The notes: a model not told the origin generated them from the letters alone. A stretch of 64,000 nucleotides of DNA from Candidatus Hadarchaeota archaeon (GCA_964384105.1 CAYLJV010000002.1:64001-128000), one strand, 5' to 3'. Shown: positions 39,456 through 48,798, counted from the first letter of the stretch. Program-made: numbers and translations.

Positions 39456-40273
39456 AAGTGGGAATATTAGGACCTCGTGGAACTTACAGCGAAATAGCAG
39501 CTAAAAATTACTTTAAAGAAGAAATAGAGATAGTGACATACTCCTTAATAACAGAAGTAGCAGAGAGTGTTGAAAAAGGAGAAATACCCGCAGGTGTAGT
39601 ACCAGTAGAAAGCCTCAGAGAAGGCTCCGTAGGGGAAACTTTAGATGCGCTAGCGTGGTTGGACGTGAAAATAAAGGCCGAAATAGTGATAGAAGTAACC
39701 CATAATCTATTGGGAACTAAAGGTTCTAAAATAGAAGACATAAGACAAGTTCTATCTCACCCCCAAGCACTGGCTCAATGTAGACAGTTCCTTCGAAAGA
39801 AACTACCCGAAGCTGAGTTAATAAGCGTAAAAAGTACAGCAAAAGCGGCGAAGCAAGTCAGCAAGGTAGAAAAGCCTTTCATGGCAGCCATAGGATCCCA
39901 AGATTTAGCAGATTTATACGATCTAGAAATTATCGAAGAAAACATTCAAATAGGCAAGAAAGATGAAACGAGATTTTTAATCTTGGGAAAAGAAGATAGC
40001 GAACCTACTGGAAAAGACAAAACTTCGATAGTTTTCTATACTCGAAAGGACGAACCAGGAATACTATATAAAATACTAAAAGAATTCGGAGAAAGAAAAA
40101 TAAACCTGACAAGAGTGGAATCAAGACCATCGAAAGAGGCTTTAGGAGATTATCTATTTTTTGTCGATTTTGAAGGCCACAGAAAGGATAATAAGATAAA
40201 ACAAGCACTTGAAAAAATCAAACCAAAGGTTGCAACTCTCAAGATTATAGGCTCCTATCCTAAGATATTTTGA
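39452..40273 (+). CDS. pheA: Prephenate dehydratase
   Basis: LGPRGTYS, SHPQALAQC, TRF, ACT domain with NLTRVESRP. Confidence 0.95.
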   Translation: MKVGILGPRGTYSEIAAKNYFKEEIEIVTYSLITEVAESVEKGEIPAGVVPVESLREGSVGETLDALAWLDVKIKAEIVIEVTHNLLGTKGSKIEDIRQVLSHPQALAQCRQFLRKKLPEAELISVKSTAKAAKQVSKVEKPFMAAIGSQDLADLYDLEIIEENIQIGKKDETRFLILGKEDSEPTGKDKTSIVFYTRKDEPGILYKILKEFGERKINLTRVESRPSKEALGDYLFFVDFEGHRKDNKIKQALEKIKPKVATLKIIGSYPKIF

Positions 40274-40282
40274 GGCTGAAAA

Positions 40283-41083
40283 ATGGAAAAATCTGAGATA
40301 ATCGAAGAAGCTCTAAAATTTGATTCAAAAAAAGCCAAGGAAAAAATAGTCGATTTCATCAGGGAAATAGTAAAGAAGGCGGGTGCCAAAGGGATCGTAC
40401 TCGGCCTAAGCGGAGGATTAGATTCCTCAACTACAGCATACCTATGCGTTGAAGCGCTCGATAAAGACCGTTTTACAGCTATATTCATGCCAGAAGAAGA
40501 TGTCACTAGAAAACAGAGCGTAAAAGACGCCCACAAGGTAGCCGAAGATCTCGGAATAGAACTAAAAGAGACCGAGATATCCCGCATAATAAAAACTTTC
40601 GAGAAAGAATTAGACTTCAAAAAAGAGAAAAGGATTGCAACAGCGAATTTAAAGGCCAGAACCCGGATGGTGATAACCTACTACTACGCAAATCTATATA
40701 ACCATCTGGTAGTCGGTGGAAGTAATAAAACAGAAATCAAGGCAGGCTACTTTACAAAATACGGCGACGGAGCCTGTGACTTCAAACCTTTAGGATCACT
40801 CTACAAAACCCAGGTTAGGGAATTAGCAAGAGAACTAGGTGTTCCCGAAGGAATAATCAAAAAGGAACCCACCGCGGACTTATGGCGAGGACAAAAGGAT
40901 GAAGACGAACTGGGACTCCCCTACGACAAGATCGATCGTATATTTATCGGATTAGAAAAAAATTTAGAAATAGAAGAAATCGCTGAGATCGTCAAAGTGA
41001 GTAAATCTAAAGTTCAAGAATTTATCAAACGAGAAAAGAATTCACAACATAAAATTCGGCCGGTACCTATTCCAGACCTATAA
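40283..41083 (+). CDS. nadE: NH3-dependent NAD synthetase
   Basis: GLSGGLDS, NLKARTRM, GYFTKYGDG, LYKTQV, PTADLW.GQ.DE. Confidence 0.95.
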   Translation: MEKSEIIEEALKFDSKKAKEKIVDFIREIVKKAGAKGIVLGLSGGLDSSTTAYLCVEALDKDRFTAIFMPEEDVTRKQSVKDAHKVAEDLGIELKETEISRIIKTFEKELDFKKEKRIATANLKARTRMVITYYYANLYNHLVVGGSNKTEIKAGYFTKYGDGACDFKPLGSLYKTQVRELARELGVPEGIIKKEPTADLWRGQKDEDELGLPYDKIDRIFIGLEKNLEIEEIAEIVKVSKSKVQEFIKREKNSQHKIRPVPIPDL

Positions 41084-41090
41084 AAAATCA

Positions 41091-42335
41091 CTACTTCTTA
41101 ACTAGATCCACACATATACCGGCGGCTATCGTTTTACCGCCATGTCTAATAGCGAATCTTCCAAGTTCGGGGATATCGCTGGCTTTCTCCATAACCATTG
41201 GTTTAGTGGGCTTTACCCTGATAACTCCTGCTTCACCTTTTTTCAAGAAGTCTGGATTCTCTTCTATTACTTCTCCTGTTTTAGAGTTAATTTTTTGAAC
41301 TATCTCCACTATCTCTCCGGGCACATGCTCTGATTGGCAGTGGAACAATGGGGTAAAACCAGAGGTTATGTAAGTAGGAGTATCCAGAATGATCACCTTC
41401 CCCGTAAATTCCTTTACCACGGTTGGTGGGTCGCTAGGATGGCCCGCCACATCTCCACGCATTATTTGATCCTTAGAAACACCCCTCACGTTAAATCCTA
41501 CATTATCACCTGGGCCAGCTTTCTCTATCTCCTCATGATGCATCTCTATAGATTTGACTTTACCCTTCACACCAGCAGGATTGAAGATAACCTCATCACC
41601 AATCTTCAATGTTCCCGTCTCTATTCGACCTATGGGGACAGTCCCAACCCCCGTAACAGAGTAAACGTCCTGAATAGGTATCCGCAAAGGTTTATCAACG
41701 GGTTTTTCACTCTCTCTCAACTCTTTAAGAGCATCTAAAATCGTGGGTCCACTGTACCAATCTAAATCCTCACTTGGTTCAGCTACGTTTTTTCCTTGAT
41801 AAGCTGAAATAGGAACGAAATGAAAGTCAGAAACACCCCTATAGCCAATATTTTTCAGCAGGGGGATAATATCCTCCCTCAACTTCTCGTAAACCTCCTG
41901 ATCGTAATTCACTTTGTCCATTTTATTGATGGCCAATATCAACTGGTCGACTCCTAGAGTATAGGCTAACGCTGCATGTTCTCTGGTCTGAGGCATTATT
42001 CCATCGTCGGCAGCCACTACCAAAATCGCTGCATCTGCCTGACTAGCTCCAGTAATCATATTTTTAACAAAATCTTGATGACCCGGGGCATCGATAATAG
42101 TCAGCATATTCTCGGAGGTTTCTAGCTTTTGATAGGCAACATCGATAGTGAGGCCCCGCTCTCTTTCCTCTTTAAGATGATCGAGGACCCAAGCAAACTT
42201 GAAAGTATCCGCCTCCTCGGACAGATCCTCTGGTTTTATCACTCCGGTTTCCAGAAGCAACCTTCCCACGAGTGTAGATTTCCCGTGGTCAACGTGTCCA
42301 ATTACAGCCAGATTTATGTGAGGTTTATCAGCCAT
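41091..42335 (-). CDS. tuf: Elongation factor 1-alpha (divergent)
   Basis: GHVDHGKST, EERERGLTID, DAPGH, NKMD, PLRIPIQDVY, PGDNVGFNV. Confidence 0.9.
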   Translation of the reverse strand: MADKPHINLAVIGHVDHGKSTLVGRLLLETGVIKPEDLSEEADTFKFAWVLDHLKEERERGLTIDVAYQKLETSENMLTIIDAPGHQDFVKNMITGASQADAAILVVAADDGIMPQTREHAALAYTLGVDQLILAINKMDKVNYDQEVYEKLREDIIPLLKNIGYRGVSDFHFVPISAYQGKNVAEPSEDLDWYSGPTILDALKELRESEKPVDKPLRIPIQDVYSVTGVGTVPIGRIETGTLKIGDEVIFNPAGVKGKVKSIEMHHEEIEKAGPGDNVGFNVRGVSKDQIMRGDVAGHPSDPPTVVKEFTGKVIILDTPTYITSGFTPLFHCQSEHVPGEIVEIVQKINSKTGEVIEENPDFLKKGEAGVIRVKPTKPMVMEKASDIPELGRFAIRHGGKTIAAGICVDLVKK

Positions 42336-42478
42336 TGAACTCCCTCATTCTATTCATCGACTAGATTTAAGTTCTTTTCATTAAATAAGACCTTTCACAA
42401 ATATTAGAAAAAGAGCATCCCGACCATCTCTTATCCGTATTTATAAACAAAGCTGGAAAATGTAGTTTGGTTTTGAAA

Positions 42479-43240
42479 ATGAAGGAGATAGAGCCAGACC
42501 ACCCCCGAGCGGAGTCACTTAGAATAAGAAAGAAAATAGCTGAAGGTTTCAAAAAAGAACTAGTAACTCCCGAAGGGCTATCCGCCCATGGTCGAGGTGA
42601 AGCCTTCGACTATCTGCTTGGAGAGAAAACTACAGAATGGGCAAAAAAAGCAATAAGAGCAGGAGCCGCAAAAATACTCCTAGCAAAAGAGCCAGTTTTT
42701 TCTGTGAATGGAAATGTTGCTGCACTAGTTCCAAAAGAAATAGCAAAACTGGAGAAAATAATCGATGTCAAAATCGAAGTCAACCTTTTTCATAAATCCA
42801 AAAATCGAGCGAAGAGAATAGCAAAGCACCTAAAGAAAAATGGTGTTTCTAAAGTACTAGGTATAGATAAAGAACATTACACCTCGATTCCCGAAATAAA
42901 AAGTCATAGAAAAACAGTCGATAAGAGAGGTATAAAGAAAGCGGATTTGATTCTGGTACCACTAGAAGATGGAGACCGAAGCGAAGCACTGAAAAAAATA
43001 GGAAAAACGATAGTTACAGTAGACCTAAATCCACTATCTCGAACTGCCAAAGCTGCGGACGTTACAATCGTGGACAACGTAGTCAGGACACTACCAGCGC
43101 TGATCAAAGAAATAAATGAACTAAAAGACTACCCCCGAGAAAAACTTGAAGATATTTATGATAATTTTGATAATGAAAAAAATCTGAAATCTATGATCAA
43201 AAATATACTGAATCGATTAGAGGAACTCTCGGGAGTCTAG
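42479..43240 (+). CDS. pps: 4-phosphopantoate-beta-alanine ligase (phosphopantothenate synthetase)
   Basis: HPRAESL, AHGRGEAFDYLLGE, SVNGN, VPLEDGDR, DLNPLSRT. Confidence 0.95.
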   Translation: MKEIEPDHPRAESLRIRKKIAEGFKKELVTPEGLSAHGRGEAFDYLLGEKTTEWAKKAIRAGAAKILLAKEPVFSVNGNVAALVPKEIAKLEKIIDVKIEVNLFHKSKNRAKRIAKHLKKNGVSKVLGIDKEHYTSIPEIKSHRKTVDKRGIKKADLILVPLEDGDRSEALKKIGKTIVTVDLNPLSRTAKAADVTIVDNVVRTLPALIKEINELKDYPREKLEDIYDNFDNEKNLKSMIKNILNRLEELSGV

Positions 43241-45694
43241 TTAATCTTTTTTGGATTCTCTTATCTCTCTAAGAATTCTAGAAGTCGTCTCCTTTGGATT
43301 TGAAGAATTATAGATAGCACTACCTACAACACATATATCTGCTCCTGCCTTTGCTACTTCCTTAGCAACTCCCTCTTTGATACCACCAGCAACCGCTAGT
43401 TTAAAATCTCCAGCAATTTTCCTAGCTTCGGCCAGCAGCTTTTTCTTTTCATAAATCCCTCGTCCCTTAAGCTGCTCACTGATTCCCCTATGAATACAGA
43501 AAATAACCCGATCTTCATAGCCCTTCAACTCCTTAACAAGTTCACTCAACTTCTCTAAAGGATCAGAACAATCTATAAAATCTATCAGAATAGCTCCATC
43601 ACGCTGGACCGACTCACTCAGGGCTTCTGTTATTTTGTTTTTACCCCCAATTGCCAGAACAGCAGAAATATCTGCGCCAGGCCTAAAAGCAATCCTAGCC
43701 TCTAAACCACCAACATCCATCGTCTTGAGATCAGCCAAAATCAAAGCTTCTGGCGCAACTTCCCGTAAAGGAGGAATAAGATTATCCACTCCATGTCTTT
43801 TAATCGCCGGAGTACCCGCCTCGATTATACGTGCGCCTGCCTCATAAGACTGTTCAGCAATCTCACAGATTGTATCTATGTCAGCATCCATATCAAGTGC
43901 TACCTGAACTTGAGGATAGTTTATCCTATCTAGAGGACTAACGAACACATCTATTTTCTCAAACTTTTTGGGCTCACATAGAGGAACACCCTCTATCGGA
44001 ACACCATTTTCAGCCCACCCTCTCTCCTCATAATACTTTTTCAGCAAATCACCCAGATCAACCTCAAAACCCTCAGGTAACACATCTTGATCGTAATCAA
44101 ATCCCTCTCGAGCATTGAAAAGCCGTTCTAAAGTATAGATCCGAGAACCAATTTCTTTAAGATCCTCATTACTCCACTCAAATCCCGTCAGAGCAGAAAG
44201 AAGATTGGCGATATCGTCGAGTTCATAGTCAATCGTTGAAAAGAGAGCAATCCCATGAAATTTGCAAGCAATCATGCTGTCGTAAACCGCATAAGCATCC
44301 TGCATTTTTTTGACGAGTTCGGGTTTTCCTTCCTCCTTAGCCGGATCAACGAATTCCGGATTACTAATTATTTCGGGTAAGATCGTAAAGGCTCGCAAAT
44401 GGCAACCGCCTCTATTAGAAGTGGCATAAGCGAGGGCTATACCTTTAGCCCCTCTAGGATCATAAGCAGGTATTTCAAGTCCCTTGACATGAAAGGCTCT
44501 ATCTTCTTTTCCAAACTCCTCCGCAGCTTTAGCTACTCCCTTCGAAAAGACTGTCTTTCCTTTTCCAATATCTTTGATAAGCTTCTTAGCTTCCTTCAAG
44601 TCAGAAACTTCGCCTACTTCCCTTGCAAAACCAAGAATGTTCCCTACAGAAATGGTATCCAATCCAAATTCTTCACAAAGTTCTGACAGAGGCATGATCT
44701 CATTTTCGTAATCGTAGAAACCTGAATTTGGGCCGAGCATAGCAACCGATTCATACTCCGGCCCTTTCGTCTCCCCACTACCAATATTCACTATTCGTCC
44801 ACATCCAGTGGGGCAAGCGAAACACGCCTTCTGATCGGTTAGATACTCTTCATAAACCGTCTCCCCCGAAAAAGGATCTACCTGATCAAAATCCAACGGT
44901 TCACCCGAAAAATTATCCTTCGGAACCATCCCTGCAGCGGTTATCCTATGTACTAAAAGAGAAGTTCCAAATCTCGAGAGAGTCCCATCAGAACCGGTTA
45001 TAGGATTAGTTTTTACGGTCTGCTTAATCTTTTTTAGAACTTTGTTAAATTCTTCCTCGTGGGATATCTCCAAACTATTATTTCCCCTAACTACAATAGC
45101 CTTCAATTTCTTCGATCCCATCACCGCGCCCAAACCACCTCTACCAGCAGCGCGAGTCTCTGAAAGTAAACATGATACATTGACCAAATTTTCCCCAGCA
45201 GGGCCTATCTCAACCACTCTAGAATTCTTATAAGAATCTCTCAAACGCTTCTCAACATCCGAGGTTTTCTTACCCCAAAGCTCCGAAGCATCCTTCAAAG
45301 AAACATCTCCATCGTCGATAAGTAAATACATCGGGCCCTCCGATTTCCCTTCTATAATAACTCCATCAAAGCCTGCCTTCTTTAGGTACGCTCCAAAAGA
45401 CCCACCCATAGAGCAGTCAAAAATCGTTCCAGTTAGAGGAGACTTAGAACATATAGATATCCTACCAGCACCAGGAAAAGTGGTTCCAGTGAGAGGACCG
45501 GTCATGAAAATTAATTTATTTTCTTCAGAAAGAGGATCCACATTAGCCTCTAGTTCATCGTAAAGAACACTACATCCGTATCCTCTACCACCCAGATAGT
45601 TGTATGCTCTCTTTTCATCCAAATTTTCGACTTCAATTTTCTTATCAGCAAGATTAACTCTCAGAACCTTACCTACATATCCACCTAGTTTCAT
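43241..45694 (-). CDS. Aldehyde:ferredoxin oxidoreductase fused to C-terminal 3-hexulose-6-phosphate synthase domain
   Basis: AOR motifs (SPLTG, AAGRGGLGAVMGSK, CFACPTGC, PEYE, DTIS, AYDPR, RGGCH, C) then HPS motifs (QVALD, IEAGTP, ADLKTMD, HRG, AVAGGI, VVGSAI) in one ORF. Confidence 0.9.
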   Translation of the reverse strand: MKLGGYVGKVLRVNLADKKIEVENLDEKRAYNYLGGRGYGCSVLYDELEANVDPLSEENKLIFMTGPLTGTTFPGAGRISICSKSPLTGTIFDCSMGGSFGAYLKKAGFDGVIIEGKSEGPMYLLIDDGDVSLKDASELWGKKTSDVEKRLRDSYKNSRVVEIGPAGENLVNVSCLLSETRAAGRGGLGAVMGSKKLKAIVVRGNNSLEISHEEEFNKVLKKIKQTVKTNPITGSDGTLSRFGTSLLVHRITAAGMVPKDNFSGEPLDFDQVDPFSGETVYEEYLTDQKACFACPTGCGRIVNIGSGETKGPEYESVAMLGPNSGFYDYENEIMPLSELCEEFGLDTISVGNILGFAREVGEVSDLKEAKKLIKDIGKGKTVFSKGVAKAAEEFGKEDRAFHVKGLEIPAYDPRGAKGIALAYATSNRGGCHLRAFTILPEIISNPEFVDPAKEEGKPELVKKMQDAYAVYDSMIACKFHGIALFSTIDYELDDIANLLSALTGFEWSNEDLKEIGSRIYTLERLFNAREGFDYDQDVLPEGFEVDLGDLLKKYYEERGWAENGVPIEGVPLCEPKKFEKIDVFVSPLDRINYPQVQVALDMDADIDTICEIAEQSYEAGARIIEAGTPAIKRHGVDNLIPPLREVAPEALILADLKTMDVGGLEARIAFRPGADISAVLAIGGKNKITEALSESVQRDGAILIDFIDCSDPLEKLSELVKELKGYEDRVIFCIHRGISEQLKGRGIYEKKKLLAEARKIAGDFKLAVAGGIKEGVAKEVAKAGADICVVGSAIYNSSNPKETTSRILREIRESKKD

Positions 45695-45828
45695 TTGAAG
45701 ACCATCTCTATTGATAAAATAACCCAATAAATAATTATTATTCTACTAATAAACTCTGAGTCTCTATATTGGCAATACTTTAAGAGCTGAAAAGAGTTGA
45801 GTAAAAAACAGACAAAAGGTTACCCAAA

Positions 45829-46677
45829 ATGAATAAAGATAAGATAACAGTACAAAATTTCCAAAAAATGAAGGAAAATAAAGAAAAAATCTCAATGTTA
45901 ACTGCTTACGATTATCCAACAGCAAAGTTAATCGAAGAATCAAATATAGAAGCAGTTTTGGTAGGCGATTCACTGGGAAATATAATTCTGGGCTATAAAA
46001 ACACCCTTCCTGTAACTCTAGAGGACATATTGCATCACACAAAAGCCGTAGCAAGAGGGATAGACCATTCCATGCTAATCGCAGATATGCCTTTTAACTC
46101 GTACCAAAGCAGTACAGAAGAGGCTATAAAAAACGCTGGTAAACTCATAAAGGAGGGAAATGCCGAAGCAATCAAGATAGAAGGAGGAAAAGAATCCCTT
46201 AAACAGATAAAAGGAATTTTAGAAACCGGCATCCCTGTAATGGGACATTTAGGCTTAACACCCCAAAAAATACTCCAGTTTGGGGAATACAAAGTTCGAG
46301 GAAAAACAGGAAAAGAAGCCTATAGGATTTTTGAAGAAGCCAAAATGCTGGAGGAAGCTGGTGTGTTCAGCCTAGTTTTAGAAGCTATACCCTGGGAACT
46401 AGGAGAAATAATAACCAAAAACCTTGAAATTCCTACTATTGGAATCGGTGCAGGTCCACACTGTGACGGTCAAATATTGGTTCTTCATGACATTTTAGGA
46501 CTTAGCAGTTTTTCTCCAAAATTTGCCAAAAAATACGCAGATTTAAATTCATCAATAAAGAAAGCTGTTAAAAATTTCTCAGAAGAAGTAAAAGATAAAA
46601 AATTCCCAGATTCAAAACACACATACAGTATGAAAGAAGAAGAATTCAAGAAATTTAAAGAATTGATCAAAAAATAG
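45829..46677 (+). CDS. panB: Ketopantoate hydroxymethyltransferase
   Basis: LTAYD, LVGDSLG, ADMPF, KIEGG, GHLGLTPQ, IGIGAG..CDGQILV. Confidence 0.97.
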   Translation: MNKDKITVQNFQKMKENKEKISMLTAYDYPTAKLIEESNIEAVLVGDSLGNIILGYKNTLPVTLEDILHHTKAVARGIDHSMLIADMPFNSYQSSTEEAIKNAGKLIKEGNAEAIKIEGGKESLKQIKGILETGIPVMGHLGLTPQKILQFGEYKVRGKTGKEAYRIFEEAKMLEEAGVFSLVLEAIPWELGEIITKNLEIPTIGIGAGPHCDGQILVLHDILGLSSFSPKFAKKYADLNSSIKKAVKNFSEEVKDKKFPDSKHTYSMKEEEFKKFKELIKK

Positions 46678-46775
46678 GTATTTTTTAAGTAAATACAAGC
46701 TCTAAACAACGAATTTTAAATAAATTCAAGTTCACGTTTAATCTGTACGAATATCCCATTAGGAGGTGAATATGT

Positions 46776-46970
46776 ATGGCTGAACTTCCAAAAGCAACAA
46801 TCAAAAGAGTTTTCACAGACGCTGGAGCTGAGAGAGTTTCCGGAGATGTTCCCGACGCAGTAAATAAGATAGTAGAAGAAATAGCAAAAGGTGCAATTAA
46901 ATCATGCGAAGCAGACGGACGAAAAACGGTTAGTGCTGATGATTTAAGACTAGTCGTAGTGGTACAATAG
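46776..46970 (+). CDS. Archaeal histone variant
   Basis: ELPKATIKR..AGAERVS...GRKTV..DD; strong SD aggaggtga. Confidence 0.9.
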   Translation: MAELPKATIKRVFTDAGAERVSGDVPDAVNKIVEEIAKGAIKSCEADGRKTVSADDLRLVVVVQ

Positions 46971-47011
46971 GAAATTAATAACTAATTTTTTGTTTTTATC
47001 AAAAACCTATC

Positions 47012-47407
47012 TTAAAAACTTCTTTTATCTACAATTTTTTTCCTATTCAGAGACTCTACATATTCCACTTCATCTCCCTCTTCAACTTCGCCTCTAAGCT
47101 CCAGAGGAATTGGGAGTTCAAAAGTTTCATAAGTAGAAAGATCCATAAGCTGAGCACTATCCCTGATTATCGCTACTATCTGGGCGTTTTTACTTTCAAC
47201 CTCTGGTACTGTAACCTCATCATCCAAATTCTTTACCATAGTCCTTTTTTGGCCATCGAAAAGACCCTCAACATATACCTTTTCTTTCTTCGGATCGCTA
47301 CTCTTAGTTGACGAGGAGGTCTTTTTTGTAATTACACAGGGGTCGCCATTAACAACTATATACTCTCCGACTTTAAGATCTCCAATCTTTGCTTTTTGTT
47401 TTGCCAT
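47012..47407 (-). CDS. aIF5A-like protein lacking the GKHG hypusine motif
   Basis: LKVG.YI..GDPC, GLFDGQKR, VP, AQ, QLMDLSTYETFELPIP, VEY. Confidence 0.85.
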   Translation of the reverse strand: MAKQKAKIGDLKVGEYIVVNGDPCVITKKTSSSTKSSDPKKEKVYVEGLFDGQKRTMVKNLDDEVTVPEVESKNAQIVAIIRDSAQLMDLSTYETFELPIPLELRGEVEEGDEVEYVESLNRKKIVDKRSF

Positions 47408-47501
47408 GAAAACACCATTTTCCTTTGTTAAGAACTTCTTTAAATCCTTAGCAAAAAAACTTACTACTAGCTTTACAGTAAAATTTAACGGAGATATTTA
47501 G

Positions 47502-48302
47502 ATGAAAATCGGTATAGTTTCTCGATTGGATTCACAAAAAGCTCTTGACCTGGCCGCAGAAATAGAAAATTTTCTTTCAGAAGAGGAGGTCTTTTTAGAA
47601 AAGGGACTAGCGGAAAAGCTCGGAAAAGAAAAAACATCTATAGAAGAAATGAATGTAGACTCAATAATAACGGTAGGTGGTGATGGAACTGTTCTATACA
47701 CCCTTCAAAGATCTCCGGAAACACCGATATTAGGAATTAATATGGGAGGAATGGGGTTTTTAGCAGACGTTAAACCCGCTGAGTCCTACGATGCCATCGA
47801 AAAACTCACTAGAGGACAGTTAAAAATAGTTGAAAGAGAGCGACTCGCAGTGGAAATATCTGGAGAACAACTAGCCATAGCCCTGAACGAGGGGGTAATA
47901 AGATCCCAAGAACCAAGCAGAATTCTCTCTTTTAGCGTTAGCATAGACGGAGAAGAAGTAGAAAAGAATAGAGGAGACGGTATAATAGTCGCTACTCCAA
48001 CTGGAAGCACAGCCTACGCTATGTCCGCCGGGGGCCCTATACTTGACCCCAAAGTGAAAGCATTTGTAGCAGTTCCTTTGAATACCCACAGATTAAGAGC
48101 CATGCCCCTAGTATATCCAATGTCCTCCACACTTCAAATCAAACTCCTAGAATCAAAAAGAAAAGCAGACGTTACAGTAGACGGACAAGTAACTAAAGAA
48201 GCAGACCAAGACGACGTAATAAGTTTCAAACATTCAGATAAGAGCGCAAAATTTTACGATTGGAATGAAAATCTCTATAAAAAGATCGGGGAGAAATTTT
48301 AA
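47502..48302 (+). CDS. nadK: NAD kinase
   Basis: GGDGT, GINMG..GFL, LNE, GDG..VATPTGSTAYAMSAGGP. Confidence 0.95.
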   Translation: MKIGIVSRLDSQKALDLAAEIENFLSEEEVFLEKGLAEKLGKEKTSIEEMNVDSIITVGGDGTVLYTLQRSPETPILGINMGGMGFLADVKPAESYDAIEKLTRGQLKIVERERLAVEISGEQLAIALNEGVIRSQEPSRILSFSVSIDGEEVEKNRGDGIIVATPTGSTAYAMSAGGPILDPKVKAFVAVPLNTHRLRAMPLVYPMSSTLQIKLLESKRKADVTVDGQVTKEADQDDVISFKHSDKSAKFYDWNENLYKKIGEKF

Positions 48303-48303
48303 A

Positions 48304-48798
48304 TTGGAAGAAAAAGTCCTAGTTCCGGATACTTCAGCCCTAATTGCCGGATTCACACCTAGCCTAGAAAAAAGAAAACAATACATAGTTCCAAAAGTTC
48401 TAGATGAAGCACGGAGTATGCCTTTAAAATTAAAACTTGAAACGGCAATGAACTCAGGACAGGTGAGGATGCAACAACCTTCTCAAGAGTTCGTAGAAAA
48501 GGTAGAAAATAAAGTCGAAAAAACCAAGGATCACGTTTCTCCTACCGATATCCAAATATTGGCCTTAGCCAAAGAACTACAAAAAGCTGGAAAGGACCCA
48601 GAAATAATAACCGATGACTATGCGATTCAAAATCTCGCCGAGCTACTGAATATAAAATACTCACATGTAGCCAAACCAGGAATAAGTGAAGTATATGAAT
48701 GGGAAAGAAAATGCCTTGCATGTGGAAGAAGATACAGTGAAGATATAGAAAAATGCAGAATCTGTGGATCTAAACTAATAAGGAAACCAAAGGACTAA
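48304..48798 (+). CDS. nob1: Nob1-type PIN endonuclease with Zn ribbon
   Basis: DTSALI, S.TD..ILALA, TDDYAIQN, CLACG...CRICGS. Confidence 0.9.
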   Translation: MEEKVLVPDTSALIAGFTPSLEKRKQYIVPKVLDEARSMPLKLKLETAMNSGQVRMQQPSQEFVEKVENKVEKTKDHVSPTDIQILALAKELQKAGKDPEIITDDYAIQNLAELLNIKYSHVAKPGISEVYEWERKCLACGRRYSEDIEKCRICGSKLIRKPKD

